This document shows, in pieces, positions 1-13,881 of a DNA stretch of 64,000 bases. This DNA is from Microthyrium microscopicum. Lineage: Eukaryota. The stretch covers positions 1,584,627 to 1,648,626 of the forward strand of contig MU004230.1 in assembly GCA_010405405.1 (NCBI GenBank), given 5' to 3'. Made by a program: the position numbers and the translations under genes. The notes beneath the pieces were generated by a model. That model was not told the origin of the DNA. It worked only from the letters and a program-made list of their open reading frames with translations, and made no database searches. The stretch's first letter is position 1; every line of letters starts with the position of its first letter.

Positions 1-9
1 ACGAGGACT

Positions 10-690
10 ATGGGTCATGTCGATCCTTCTGCGCCCGCTTATTCTTCACCCGGTCGAGTTCCTGTGGCTATTGCAAAGGCAAGACCGCAAATTCCAAGGT
101 TCAGCTCTTCTTCGTCACCCGGACAAGTACATGTAGCAGCCCCCAAGGCTAGAGAACAAGTTGATCCTCGTTTAACCCCATCGTCTTCACCCGGTCAATT
201 ACCTCTGGCCTCATCAAAGGCCAAGGCAGCAATGGAAGATCAACCCACGTATTCTTCTTCTTCGTCTGATAAAGCCTCTACAGCAACCCTCAAAGCAAAG
301 GGACTAGCGGAAGATCGGCGAAGCTCGTTATCGTCCGTTGGTCAAGCCGCCGCAGCCAAGCCAAAAATGAAAGAACCAGCTAGTCGTCCTAGCAGCCAAT
401 CCAAGTCAGCTACTAATGTTGCAAAACGAACCAAGTCTACCCCTACAAAGTCTTCTGAGAAGTCATTAACCCCTCGGCGGGTCAGCTCCACTCCTGGGCG
501 AGTTCGAATATCGCAGTTGATGTACGAATTGAGATCAGAAGACGAGGATGATGAAGACGAGCCTGCTCAGATTGAAGACACTGCAGGTGAGACATCTCAA
601 TACGAAGAGGAGACTGAGGACGAAGACATTCTCTTGATATCGGCGCCACAAGCTTTGCGCAAGAAACAGCCAAAAACTGCAATACGATAA
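10..690 (+). CDS. C-terminal part of a low-complexity Ser/Pro/Lys-rich hypothetical protein (probably begins upstream of the window)
   Basis: 226-codon ORF with repeated SSPG..P.A..KA units and an acidic patch; frame is open back to base 1; no recognisable domain. Confidence 0.5.
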   Translation: MGHVDPSAPAYSSPGRVPVAIAKARPQIPRFSSSSSPGQVHVAAPKAREQVDPRLTPSSSPGQLPLASSKAKAAMEDQPTYSSSSSDKASTATLKAKGLAEDRRSSLSSVGQAAAAKPKMKEPASRPSSQSKSATNVAKRTKSTPTKSSEKSLTPRRVSSTPGRVRISQLMYELRSEDEDDEDEPAQIEDTAGETSQYEEETEDEDILLISAPQALRKKQPKTAIR

Positions 691-734
691 GAGTTGTACT
701 CTGTTCGTTTAGTGTCGCCATTGTTGTTGAGGTA

Positions 735-2240
735 TCATGCATTCAGTACAGCATCTAGCGAGAGTTCGTCATCATTGCCAACAGCGCCAACCTGATCCCA
801 GAATTTGCTTAGATGTCGAGTTCCTATAGCAAGCAGTTAGTACAATATCATGTTAAGCAGGGAAGATTCTCTTCAGAATATCACATACCTGAATCGCATA
901 GAATCGTGACAATCCGGTGTCCTTTCCCTAGTTCTAGAGCCAGTTTTGTTGCAGCCACACAGTTTACGGCACTGGAGCTGCCAACGAAGATACCGTCTTT
1001 CTCAACAAGCCATCTCGCCATAGCTTTAGCTTGCTCGTCGGTTACGCGAATTGCATCCGTGACCAATTCACGCCCGGCCTCGAAGTTGTTTGTCACGCGA
1101 TTGATACCAATACCCTCAACGATCGTGTCGACTTGGTGCCTCCGTCTCGTGCCTTCTCGCTCCTTCGGGTCAAACATGACACCATACTTCACCCTATTGT
1201 ATAGCCCACTGCCTTCCGGATCAGCAAGGACTACCTTTACATCGGGAATCCTCGGCTTCAAATACAGCGCAACCCCAGAGATTGTTCCGCCCGTGCCAGC
1301 GCCTGCTACAAACGCATCGAGTCGACCGCCAACTTGCTTGTAAATCTCCGGCCCAGTTCCCTCGAAGTGCGCTCGCCAATTCGCCTCGTTCTCAAACTGG
1401 TCTGCAAACACCCCGTGTCCGGGTATGTCGTTTGAGGCAGTATGTTCGGCTGCTAGACGTCGTGCGCGGTTGACAAAGTGATCTTCTGATATTATAGGTG
1501 ATGGGCGGACGCGCTCGACTTCTGCACCCAGTTTGAGGAGGAGGTCGGACTTTTCTTTTGCCTGATCGTCGGGCATGCAGCTGGGTTGGGTCGGTTAGTG
1601 GTGGATTTGGGTGGCTTGGGGTTGGGGGATGTACATGTGTGCTAGATAGCCTCTGGCGCGACAGATGGCGGCGAGAGAGATCCCTTGAGGTGTTTAGAAC
1701 GTGGTTTGGGAGTAATGCATATTATGGTGGTTACCTGTACTGCCTACTGTGCCTTCATATATCTTGTCTCCGGAATATGGTCTCAGTACGCCTTCGTCTT
1801 CTGCGGCTTTGATGATGCTTAATGCTACGCGATCTTTTGGGCTATTGCCTGCGCCATTGAGAAACTGAACCACAATGTTAGCTACAAATTCCACAGCGCA
1901 AGTGCAAGATACTGACCTCTGCCTTAGCCAATATCTCACATCCTGTGGCTTCTGAAAGCGAGCGAATCTTGAACAGCGGTGTATTTCCTATACACCCTTC
2001 TATGCCTACTGGTATTTCCACATCTGTAGTTCCCTCTCTTGCTACCGTATGATCTTCCAGATGTACGGAACCTCGCCAGAATTGTGACACTCTGCGGCCG
2101 GATGTCGTGGTCGAATACCGTCGCATGCGCCGGCGAAAGCGACGCTCGAGGTCTGGATATACATCTTTAAACCCAAGTGTGAGTAGTACACCGGCAACTA
2201 TGCCTATACCTACGTAAAATCTTTCCCGATTATCCAACAT
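735..2240 (-). CDS. cys12: Cysteine synthase-like PLP enzyme (fungal cysteine synthase 2 / Cys12-Mcy1 type) with N-terminal membrane anchor; multi-exon
   Basis: Spliced pieces give IGNTPL..., GAGNSPKDRVA (PLP lysine), EGTVGSTG, GAGTGGT, IVEGIGINR, GSSSAVN and ILCDSG|TRHLSKFW; last exon ends TGA at 735-737; hydrophobic YVGIGIVAGVLLTLGF near the N-terminus. Confidence 0.9.
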
Positions 2241-2396
2241 TTTATGGTCTGAAGTGATAGTGGCCGTGAAACGAAATGATCTCGATGTTGTTGGTAAAGG
2301 TCCAAGCTCCAAAATTCATCTCAGTGCAGATCCGACGCAGAGCTTCAACACCAGTCCCAAACTTCTCAATCTTTCCCATTCCGAGGAGCTGGAGAT

Positions 2397-4062
2397 ATGG
2401 ATCTGCCGCTGGTCAATCGGATATTCAGGCGTCTGTTCGCTCACGAAACATGCTCAGTGCTGCGCTCCGCCCGACCTCGAAGCCGTATTGGACAAACGAC
2501 AGTCCGGTACTATGCCTCTCAATATCGCGAAAAGGACGTGAGGAAACCAACAAGTCTGGCAGATGTCATAGATCGCGATTCCTGGAACAAGCGATCCGAG
2601 TTCTTCCAAGATGATATCACAGATGAATACTTGGTGTATCCCGTGATGACGGCTGAAATGCTAAAGAAAAGAAGGACAAGGCCGAAACGAGTCAAGATGT
2701 TGATGCGCGAGTTCATTGAAGGTATGAAAATCATTGTGCCAATGACTACCTCAAAATACTGATACAGAAGATAGACAGTCTTTATAATCCACACTACGGC
2801 TACTTTCCCAAGGAGGCCCATATTCTCTCCCTCGAAGAACCCTTCGATTTCAACTCCATGAAAAGTCTCTCCGACTTTAACGTAGTCTTGGAAGAACGAT
2901 ATATCAGCTACGAAGACGAACTCGACCGGCAATACGACGCAGCCCAACCCTTCGAAAAGATAGCGGAAGCGAAGAACCGCGACGTAGCGACCCCCAAAGA
3001 CCTGCGTCAAATCTGGCAAACGCCTACCGAGCTCTTCAAACCATTTTACGCGGAAGCCATGGCCCGTTACATGGCCACGCAGTACAAGCTTTCCCAATAC
3101 CCCTACTACGACCTTCTCATCTACGAAATGGGCGCTGGAAACGGTACTTTCATGCTCAACACGCTCGACTATCTTCGCGACGTCCACCCCGACGTCTACG
3201 ACCGCACACAATTCAAAATAATAGAGATTTCCTCCTCCCTGGCACACCTCCAACAGCGCGCCGCATCACGCGGCCATGAGTCAAAAGTGACTATCATTAA
3301 TCAGAGTATCTTCGACTGGGACACATACGTCTCCTCGCCCTGTTTCTTCGTCGCGCTCGAAGTCTGGGACAACTTTGCCCACGACTGCATCCGCTGGGAC
3401 CCGCGGACGAAAGAGGCATATCAAAGCTGGGTCGTCATTGACCGACAAGGCGAGCTACACGAGTACTTTGAGCCGCAAATTGACCCAGTGGCCGCACGGT
3501 TCATGCGCATTCGTGACGAGGCGGTTAGTGTGCCATGGCCACATCCGTTGGCACGGCGGGACTGGGGACGCAAGTTGTTTGCGCAGTTGCCAGGCAGCGG
3601 GATGAAGGCAAGATTGACGGTGCCGGAGTATTTGCCGACAAGGCTGATGCAGTTTTTCGATATTTTGCATAATTACTTCCCAGCGCATCGGTTACTGTGC
3701 GGCGATTTTAATGGGTTTACGAGCGAGGTGCCCGGAATAAATGCGCCGGCGGTGCAGACGCGATTTAAGCGAGAGATGGTGGGTGTGACTACACCTTTGG
3801 TAAATTCTCTAGGTTATGAGTTTGAGACAAAGTGCTAATGTGGTGATTTTAGGTATCGCAGGGTCATTTCGATATCATGTTCCCCACGAACTTTCCGGTC
3901 ATGGAGCAGATCTATAATGCCATGACAGGCAAGCTAACGCGCGTCATGTCACAAGAGGAGTTTTTGAGGCGATGGGCATATACAGAGGAGACGAGGGTGA
4001 AGAATGGCGAGAATCCGCTGTTGGATTGGTATAAAAATGCCTCTATGATGCTGACTCTATAG
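2397..4062 (+). CDS. NDUFAF7: Mitochondrial SAM-dependent methyltransferase, MidA/NDUFAF7 family; 3 exons
   Basis: REFIE|DSLYNPHYGYF, WQTPTELFKPFY, YEMGAGNGT (SAM motif I), ALEVWDNFAHD, FDIMFPTNF; introns ~2722-2773 and ~3800-3852; Arg/Ser-rich presequence-like N-terminus; start uncertain. Confidence 0.85.
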
Positions 4063-4316
4063 ATATTTCGCTGCCTTCTGTTCCAATTCATGTACATACG
4101 AGCTGGAAGCTGACATAGGCATTATCGGCAGAGCGAAGGCGTGCTCGATATACTTTTTTTCTGGCCCGCGAAGCTACCAGATCAGTAGATATCAATGCAT
4201 AGTACAAGAGCCACACCGGGCTCAGAACTCCCCATATACAATGCATCAGTAAATAACAATACCCTTTTGAACGTCTCTACCCATCTAGAACCCATCTAAG
4301 CGACGTCTCATTTCTT

Positions 4317-7300
4317 CTAAAAACTTCCTTGTTTCCTAGTTTTCCTTCCCGCTTCAAAATATGCAGGCGGAGCATTTTCTTTAATAAATTGCTCTCGCAC
4401 CTCCACCGCCTTGCCTTCCCACTCGCGCAAGGTCTTTTCATATTCCGCTGCCACACCGACGCCCTGCTCGCGTCCGTCCTTGCAGCGCGAAATGTAACGC
4501 TGCTTGACTTCTGGTTTTGCGTTGCGCCATTCGAGACCAAGTTGAGCGCGGATCTCATCTTTACCAACTTTCTTGCCCGGCTTCTGCGTTTCCAGGTCCG
4601 TCTTGCAGCGTGCCCACTCATCTTTCGTGTATAGTATATACGGGTTGAGCTTTTGCTTAGCTGGTGGGATTGGGCGCGGGCCAACCGCGGCGTGGATGGC
4701 AGAAGCTATGCGCGCTTCGTATTCGACGCTGGCGTGGTCGAGCTGGATGCTCGCATAGAAAGGGTCGGGCTTGTCAATGGGTTCCCAGATGTCGACGTAT
4801 CCGAATTTGGGCTTCTTGGCACTGCCAGTTGTAGGTGTGGCAGCAGGACGGCCCTTTGTTGGTAAGGCGGGAAGCGGGAGTCCGGTGGGCGTGATGGGCC
4901 CCAGTACGGCGTCGATGACTTCAGAAGCTGCGCGCAGGCCTGAGAGATAAGCGCCATGTACTGTTGCAGGATGTGAGCCACATGTAGCTTCACCAGCAAA
5001 ATGTACAGGGCCAACGGGACGCGCCATTACGTCGTAATCGCCTTGGAGAGTGCGCGGTCCGACGAAGGAGTAGGTCCCGCGCGCAAACGGGTCACGGCGC
5101 CAACGGGTAACAATAACTTCGGCTGGGTTCGGTACTTTATCAAGCTTGAACATTGTTGCAAGACGTTTGGTCACATCTTGGACGAGATCTTCGTTACTGG
5201 CTTCTTCGGCTTGATAGGCGGCTCCACCGGCCATCAGAGCTGAAAGAACGGGACGACCGCTGGTCTTGATACAATTCCAGAAAAGGTAGAAGCGACCGCG
5301 CGAGCCCATGTAGCTGTGCTGACTCATTGAATTTCCATGAGCGGCGTTGAGGAGACCATAGATGTCTTGGTCAGGGTCCCAAAAGCATTCATCAAAGACA
5401 AGGACAACCTGCGATAGTTAGAAAAGCCATGGAAGCAAATCAACTGCCAATTACCTTGTTCAACAGACCAAACCCCATCCTCTCTATACACTCTGATTTC
5501 CATTGAGGTAGCGGTGGGTTGAACTTGATGTCTCCGCTCTTCAATACACCGAGTGGAGCTGATAAGACCATTCGATCTGCTTTGATGACTTCGCCATTGG
5601 AACACTTTATGGATACTGTCTGCTCGGACTTGTTTTCTGTCCCTTGAGATACATGTATTTCCTCAACAGTCTGACGAAATTTCACTTCCAGTGGATATGG
5701 AAGCTTCCAAAGTCCGCGCGGAACTTGTGTATAGCCTCCGATGATTTGACTGTGACTACCTTCGAATTCGTTGCCAATGTCTTGATCCCAGCCAGCCAGA
5801 CTGAGTTGGTTCAAGTTTGCAGCATTAGCATACTCGAGATTCGCATGATGCCAGTTGAGCAGACGAAAGTCTTGTTCTGTGAGCTGAACCATCTCTTGGT
5901 ATTGTCGAATACCTTCATCAAGTGCTTCACCTAGAGTTGGGTATGGTGTATGTAGAACCGGTAGGAGATTGATATTATGGTCATCCTTGATTGATTCTTT
6001 CAGACTCCACCCAATCTCTTTTGCGGCTTGAGCAGCAGGTAGCTTTGCTGTAGGTCGACCAAGCTGATATTGACGTCCAGCGAGCTTTTCTACTCCAACA
6101 GCGGATTTTTCGGGAATGTCTGCATTCATGGAAATGGGATTACCATCGTCAACATTAACTTCCAAGCCTTCATCCTCAAGCATGGACAGTAGCTTATCGT
6201 CCCCAGTGCTACCTTCTTTCGAATCTTCGGAAAAGGCAACCATTTTTCTGTCTCCTGCCACGGTCCGTACAGTGGGAAGCTTATTCCGGAATGCCGATGC
6301 TCGTTCTAGGATGTCATTCCATAACTTTTCTACCTTCAAGTCCTGTTCGGAATCTACTTTCTGGCCATCCGCGTCATAAAGGGGTGAATTGATGTCACGA
6401 AAGAGATGATAAGGAATTGCAAGTTGTCCACGGATGATGAAACTCAAGGGATTGCCATGATCGAAGCCTGTCACGATCTGGGCTCCCATTTCAACAGTAC
6501 TGCGCATGCCGTGAGAGAGGCCGCCTTGTTTTAGTAAAGGATGAGAAAAGACTCGTCCGCCGATTCTCTCTCGTCCTTCCAGAACAATTACCCTTGGAGG
6601 CTGTTCCTTTCGTTTGGCAAATTCGCTCGCGTAGTGTTGGAAGAGATGTTCTAGATGTCTTGCACATCCTAAACCAGACATGCCTGCTCCAATAACAACA
6701 ATGGTTTTCCGTTTTGTTGATTTGATGATGCCGCCTAGAGGTGGTACTGGTGCCTCTACACATCCAAAGTTTATGTAACCAGTTCTCAACAGCCACTCAA
6801 AAGCAACGAATGCCAAAGGAAAATATCGAGCTTCCTTTGCGCATCCAGCGGCTTCTAGTTTGGTCACTGCCACCAGAGGATTTCGATGCCATAATCGTAA
6901 TATTCCATTCCGAATATTCAGATAAATAGTGACTTGCGGCTTAGTGATGAATGATCTAAGAAGCTCGTACTCTCCGGGATGTAGAGCGTAGGGATTTAGT
7001 CGTGATGAGTATGCAGCCAGAATACCTTGACGGGCATATTCCATCCAGGACAACCTGAGAGGTATAGATGAACGAGCGGTAGGTTCTGCGACTGGTGGAG
7101 CGCTTGGTTTCTGAGGACGCTTCCGTTTTATACCTTTTTGAGGGGTGTTCGCGAAGAGTTTTGTGTCTCTATAACGGTTTAGTTCAATCTACTTGAAGTG
7201 AGAGAGTCAAACCTATGTGCCAGCTCATTTGTGTTATACAGAGCCGAATCCTCGTTGTCAGAAAGGGATATTTTCACATTAGGAGATTGAGTTTCAGCAT

Positions 7301-7791
7301 GACCTAGGGGAGTATATACGGATTTCGAATTATCCGAGACTCGATAAGTATCACTGATAAATGGTCCAGGACTAACGCCATCGAATCCAAGTCCTTGCTG
7401 TGCCAGAAAGGAAGAAGTATGAACCGGAGTGTCTCTTACGTCGGAACTGTTCTGGTCTGAAGTTGAAGTTAAATTGTTGAACTGGGTACTTGATTGCATG
7501 GATTCACTATATTGCTCAAACATGTCCAGATCATGATAATCAAATGTTGGGTCCGTCATTTTGGAAACCTGGTCGGTCGGTTGATGCCCGTTCGAAGGTT
7601 CGATCGGCTTGTCGCTCAAAATGCCAATCTGTATATGTTCTTGTTCGTTCCGGGACCATGTTTGGAATGAATCCCCTCGCATATTATATTACAGAACGGT
7701 TTTTCGTGACCATTGACGATGATTCGAAGTCGAGGCTGAGGTCGGAAGTGATGTTCAGAACTTGATGGCTCCGAGTCGAAATATTGCCCAT
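4317..7791 (-). CDS. LSD1: Lysine-specific histone demethylase LSD1/Aof2-like (SWIRM + FAD amine oxidase + C-terminal HMG-box-like domain)
   Basis: SWIRM (YLNIRNGILRLW, GYINFGC), VIGAGMSGL, LEGRERIGGRV, GFGLLNKV, WRRDPFARGTYS, HFAGEAT..HPATVHGAYLSGLRAA, then NPYILY...LGLEWRN; introns near 7629-7692, 7169-7212 and 5409-5454; start inferred from gccATGg at 7791. Confidence 0.9.
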
Positions 7792-8242
7792 GGCAGGCCG
7801 GTGGATCCAGCAATACAGATGGGATGAAACAAGAGAAGAGATGTGTGTCTCGTATGATACAGTAAGAGAAGACTTGATCAATAATTAGGAGGGAAGAAAG
7901 GAGGGGAGGATAGGTTGAATTGACTTTTGCTGGAGCTGCACCAGATTCCCGGAGTCTAGCAATGGGTTCGGAAGACCGCAGGCAAAAAGCTCCTGCAGCT
8001 TAGATGTTTCCTAACACCTCCAGATTTCGCTCTTTCTGAAGACGTTGATGCCGTCCTGATATTTGTCGAATTTCGCCGTCCCGAGATTATTCTGGAGTTT
8101 CTGTCACCTCTCTCATCCAAAATCCACCATCTCAAAACCAGTCACATGATCTCCAACTTCACTCCTTAATTTGGCAAGTCGCGATCATTCAACGCGACCG
8201 TAAAGCGTGTATATCCCCTCGAATTCCAGAAACAGCGCTCTA

Positions 8243-9640
8243 ATGGCGGGAGCACGCAAGTACGAAGGTTTGCCGGATATAGTAAGTCGCACTGCTGCTG
8301 TGCGAGAACTGGACTAACTCTGAAAGGATGCTGCCGCGCCAGATATTTATGAGACCCCTGACCTCGCCGACGATGTTTCTACGCTACAGGTACAGAAACA
8401 AACATATTGATCGAGTTCATGTTCTGATGCATTTCAGGAGACTTCTGCGCAATCACCTTCAGACTCATCAGACGCGGACGAAGGAGCCTCAGAGTCTAGC
8501 CCAGCAGACTCTCGAGTCGACAGACGGCATACCAAAGCAAACAAAGCCAGATCCAAATTTCAACCATCGCGCGTCAATGCTGACGATGTCGATTTTTCCG
8601 ACCGACTCAACTTAAATCGAAAATCATATCGAGCTTATAACCGTCGGCGCCCTGGCCAGTATGACGATGATCCCGAAGAATTAGGCGACTTTAGCGACGA
8701 TGAAGAAACGCTAGATCAAAAGCTCACACGGTTACGACATGAAGTTGAGCAGTTAAAAGTCACACTAGAGGAACAGAAAGAGTCTGCAGAAAGCAAAGCC
8801 CAAGAGGAATTGTACACAGATGTGCTTCAAATTAGCGATCAGCTGGACGCTATCACTACAGAAAGAAGAGGTGGCACTAACGGCGCACATCCTGACTTTA
8901 GGCGAACAGTACATTCGTACACTGAAAAGAGCCAACAACTGGTGGCAAAAGAAAAAGGCTCTTCAAGTAGAGGGCAAACGATAGAAGCGACAGACCACTC
9001 TCAACTACTCCAAACCCTCTCCAAGGCTGCCGAATTTGATTCTCGGCTCAATTTCTTAGAGAATGCTCTAGGTTTGAGCGGCTCAACGCTGCCTGACTCG
9101 AGCGAAACAAGCACAAAGCTCATTCTGCCCACTCTGGGTAGCCTTGAACAGTTGGTTGGGACCGCAACAGCTCAACCGACTCAACTAGAGGCGGCCCAAC
9201 TCAAAACCCGTCAGCTACTCAAAGATGCTGAGAGACTTAGCAAGCTGCGAGTGGAACAAAGCGAGACTGGCCAGCCTCCATCCTCGGCAACAAACGGTGA
9301 AAATGGTCATGCTGCACCGGATAACCAGGAACAACTCTCCAAAATCAATGCCATATATGGCATCCTTCCGACAATAGACTCTCTATCACCTTCCCTCCCC
9401 CTCCTGCTCGACCGCTTACGAACACTTCGACTACTCCACTCGGGTGCAGCGGAAGCGAGTTCAACACTCGATGACTTGGAAAAGGCGCAAGAGGAACAAG
9501 ATGATGAGATTGAGCAATGGCGAAATGCTCTGGGCAAAGTCGAAGCCAGTCTCAGTGAAGGACAGGACACATTGTCCGAAAATATGGAAAATATGAGCGC
9601 GTGGGTGAAGGAATTGGAGGGAAGAATTGGCAAAACTTGA
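8243..9640 (+). CDS. DCTN2: Dynactin subunit p50/dynamitin (Jnm1/RO-10-like)
   Basis: MAGARKYEGLPDI|DAAAPDIYETPDL N-terminus typical of dynamitin; ETLDQKLTRLRHEVEQL, LPLLLDRLRTLRLLH and a coiled-coil C-terminus; two short 5' introns. Confidence 0.85.
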
Positions 9641-9866
9641 TTCTTTGTATGATACCCTTGACGATGATGCATTTTAGCCAGAAGCCAGACCTTTGAATAG
9701 CCAGCATAAGCATTGAATGACCATTAGCCTTTCTCATTAAACTGTTTCTTTGTAGCTTTCGCCACCAATACCTCAAATGTCCCTTGAACACCGTCGCAAT
9801 GCTTGTAAATGTAATCCGCCACTCTTCTTGACACTTCCACCAATGACCCAGTCCAAACTTGATCCG

Positions 9867-10158
9867 TTACGAATTGGCATCGATGTCCGCCCAAGCCGAT
9901 TTGACCTTGATATTCTTCTCTTTCGTTTTCTCATAGTTCTCTCTCGTCCGCGCAAGACGGGCCGCTCGTAAACACTTATTCAAGTCGCGTTTGGCATCGG
10001 CGCAGCCATTCAGTGCGCTGTAAAGAAATCCGCGTGCATGGCATGCTTCTAGAGCGTACATGACTTCTTCGCAACCTAGTTGGTTGTCAGCAATGCGCTG
10101 GTAGCCGCGAGTTGGGGAACAGACCGACGTTGTCTTTGGTATGGAGAAGGGGATGCAT
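9867..10158 (-). CDS. CMC2: COX assembly mitochondrial protein Cmc2-like (twin Cx9C)
   Basis: MHPLLHTKDNV|GCEEVMYALEACH...GCADAKRDLNKCL; two Cx9C motifs; one intron ~10077-10124. Confidence 0.85.
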
Positions 10159-10401
10159 GTTTGTTGATCGCTTGGAGAGTTGACTCGCCCTTTAGGTTAT
10201 TGAGACACCAGTATGATCTTTTGTTCATTGAATTGGTGATGGCGACGAAGCCAAAGTCGGTGATAATTCGGGATGTGGCCCGAGCTTTGTATCGTAGCCA
10301 CTTCCGTAGACATTTATTCGAAGCTCAAGGCTGAGTTACCCAACATTTTCATCAAACTAGCTTTTCGAAAGAACCGATTCGAAGCACAAGATCTGGACAT
10401 C

Positions 10402-11014
10402 ATGGCACAGCAGAGAGTATCTGCGCAAAAGCAGCAAGGTACACGACCCAGCGCCGCGGCCTCAGAACCAAGATATTGATAGTCCATAAAAAAACAGAGC
10501 TTCAAGTACAATATCAAAACTACAAAAACACCCTCCAACAACTCGCACAAAAAATCGGTGACGTCGAACAAGAGGCCGAAGAACACAAGTACGTCTCTTT
10601 TCCCCTCCAAGCAAAAAAAAACCAAGGTGTTTGTTGCTCAGTATACACCGCCTACGCCAATCATCCCTCACCGCCAATCATCCGCAAATGCAAAGCGCCT
10701 CCATGCTGAAATCTTTTTTTTGCAAACAGGTTAGTACTAGAGACATTAGAACCGCTGCCGGCAGATCGCAAGTGCTTCCGCATGATCAACGGCGTGCTGG
10801 TGGAGCGGACGACGAAAGAGGTGATTCCAGCGCTCAAAACCAATTCGGATGGGCTCAAGCAGGTGCTGGATGAGTTGGTGACGCAGTACAAGAGCAAGCA
10901 GGATGAGATGGAAAAGTGGAAGGTGAGTTTTTACCCACATGAATTATGTTGCTGGAATGTTGTTGACCATTCACGTTATAGAAAAAGAATAATGTCACGG
11001 TTGTGCAGCAGTGA
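10402..11014 (+). CDS. GIM4: Prefoldin subunit 2 (4 exons)
   Basis: ELQVQYQNYKNTLQQLAQKIGDVEQEAEEHK|LVLETLEPLPADRKCFRMINGVLVERT...MEKWK|KKNNVTVVQQ*. Confidence 0.92.
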
Positions 11015-13881
11015 TTTGTTAGATGATACCCTCAATGCAATTTGTTGAATTCGATTACGTCTATGGGCTTTGTGGTGTTTACTAATTGGTATGTTGTGTT
11101 GTTGATGAAGCTAGCGCATGTGTTGCAGGATGAAGTGGACCCCATTTTAATAGCAAGGAGAAGCAAAGTAAAAAACGCGGAGTGTTGGGCGAAGTCAGGT
11201 GTTTGACGGTTCATGTAGTCTAGCACAATTGCGGAAGTCGAGGCAATTCTACGTTGGACGTTTATTGGGTTTTGAAAAGAAAAAGTGATACAGGTTATGT
11301 TGGACTCTGGATTTATGCAGCTCATCATTAGCTGTTGCTACGGAAAAGGCCCCCAACCGGCTACAAGTCCTAGTCGAATGAACAGTTCACCAGGCGAAGG
11401 CGTCAGCGAAGCAGCTCTTGGGGGAAAACGTGGTCAACGTGTGCAAGAGTTGTTTTCTTCTTTTGTATTAGCAAGGCTGAGCCGTTCCCCTTGTTGTTAG
11501 CTAGTAATGTATTATGCACGATGACCTGGCGACAACCTTCAAGTGTGAAAGTAATGTTCAATCGACATGCCAGTCCGCAGCGAGGAAAAGGCAATCAAAG
11601 GCTATATGCAGCTAAGTAAAAGGATTTCGTCTCCAGATTTATTTGTGACGAACATTTCATGCTGACAATTGTGCAGATCATGGAGAGTTTTGTCGATATC
11701 AAAAGATATGAGTTGTCTAGCTCAAGTATCGGCCAGTCAAACCATTCAAGCTTGATATCAGAAATTCCTTGCGATCACCGCCTGAAAGTACTGGGATCAA
11801 GGATAGAGGTTAGTTTTCTTATCCTCCAGTTTGCATGATGGAGTAAATTGTCCCATTTTTGGCATGAATTCTGCGGTATCGGCCGGATAGAACCAGATGA
11901 TGGTGTGGAAGAGAGGAGGCAGAGCATGCAAGTTAGACGCCGGCTCATAGCGGCTGTTGACCGCAATTTCAACCTCTAGCCACGGAAGAGGGAACAGAGA
12001 GCATGGAGAGCACTTGAAAAAATGCTCAGGTTCTAGAAGTTGTATATCAAAATTTGATGTGTAGAGTTGAGTTGGAGCTGATATGCTCTTATATCACATC
12101 CAATGTGATACCGTACTTGTGGTGCGTAGTAACCAGTCAAGCCAGTATTTGGTGACCAATAGAGAAATTTCAAAGTCATTTTCACAAACAGCGAAAGGGG
12201 ATTCGCGGAGCAGACATTATAGCGTCCAAGGCTTCCTCTCAGGGATATTTGTCTCAAGCATAAGCCGTGCCAGGTCTTTGATTGGACTTATGCACCTCCC
12301 CCGCCGACAACTTGCTCCAATGCTGCAGTCTGATAGTTTCTCTCTGCTAGATGCGAACTGCAACTCCAGTAGTCTGGGTCCAGGTTTTCCAAGGACAGGG
12401 CTTTGCCAACGACTGTCCTGTTGGATCCCAATAGGCTGAACAGCCAACTTCAGAGAGAACAGCACGGGAGCCACGGGCGGAGGAACGATCCGTGAGGCGG
12501 GAACAGCCTTTTAGTGATGAACGCGGTTGATTTTTGTTTACATTGATAGGCCAACAGGGCTTTGAGAGCGGTGATTGGACCTGGGAGATGGTGTTTTGAT
12601 TTGCAGGTGGTGTTGAAAGTGGAGAGTTGAGATGAAGCAATCAACTCAATGCTCCTGGTAACGGTGATTGCAGGCCAATTTAAGAAGATGAGAAGATGAA
12701 GATGATGAGAGAAGAGGCGACAGAGAGTATTGATGGTGTTTCCCGGTCCGTAAAAATAATGGAAGTCCAGAAGTCGTACTGGTTGCTGCTGTCAGGTGGG
12801 CATCGCAGTTGACCATCCACCTCAAGGCTCAAGCTCACTGCCCAACCGCAACTGCAAGCTCAACTCCAAACCTCCAACCTCTTCCCCAAATTCTCTATTT
12901 CCACCTTAGCTGCCTACTGCAACTTCAGACGCATCTCCAAGCTCGTCATAACCCACCGCGACCATTCTATTCCAGTCGCATTGTTTGATCTGTCTAGTCC
13001 GCTCAAGATATACCCCCCGCGCACATGCAGGTAGGCTTGTAGTCGACACACAGTGCAGTAGATCGGGCCTTACACCCCTCTGAGTTGTTCACGGAACAAA
13101 TCTCCCCTGCTGCAGCCAACACGAAAATCCTCCCAACGGTACGTGGCTCTCTTGTCCCGATACCCAGTTTGTTGCCTTGTGCTTGACATTTCCCTTCGCG
13201 ACGTCAGGCGGCAGTTGTACGCGGTGCCTCGACTCTACGCCGCCCAGTATGCATCCATCGCGGCCCTGAGTCTCGCCTTGTTGCGACATGCGCCCTCGCG
13301 ATGAGCCTGTTGTTGTGCCAGCAATAGCTTTGCAGCCAGCGCTGTTCTTCTCGGGGCGTAGACAACAGGATCAAAGCAACTCCGCGCCAGCTGGGACTGT
13401 CTCTATTGTTGGAAACGCTTTGCGACGCGTGGGGTGCGTTGGCTCTTATGCTAATTGCTTTCCTACGTGGTACCGCCATAGTGTCATCATCGTCAAGGCT
13501 GTACTTTCCTAACGCGCGCCTGAGAGGCTAACTTACACCGTAGTTTGTCCCTCCACGTCTAGTACCTTCATCACCCCAGACCACACCAGCGCATATCGAA
13601 CTCGTCCGACCACTCCTCATCCGTCCGCGCTACCGCGACCGCTCATCTTGACCTGCAGCCTGTAGCTCGTCTAGCCTGTCGAGCTAAGCCTTTGCTCTTT
13701 GACTGCAGAAACGAGCCGCCTTCGTCGTACAGGACTGCTTGTCACGACGCACATCCAGATCGGTAGCATAGTCTCTAGCACAGTGACGTGTACGCCAACA
13801 TTCTGCATAGCCGGAATCAGCCAGCACACCGTTTTCGAGTAGCAGTAGGCCTCCGAGCCAGCTGCAGGACGCCGAATAATT

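Noticed and set aside
813..3253. Long antisense ORFs overlapping cysteine synthase and NDUFAF7 (813-1343, 2519-3253)
   Set aside because: Shadow ORFs of conserved genes on the opposite strand with no protein-like motifs.
7169..7212. Stop between the two LSD1 ORF segments as another premature stop
   Set aside because: Explained by a 44-nt GT..AG intron that restores the frame.
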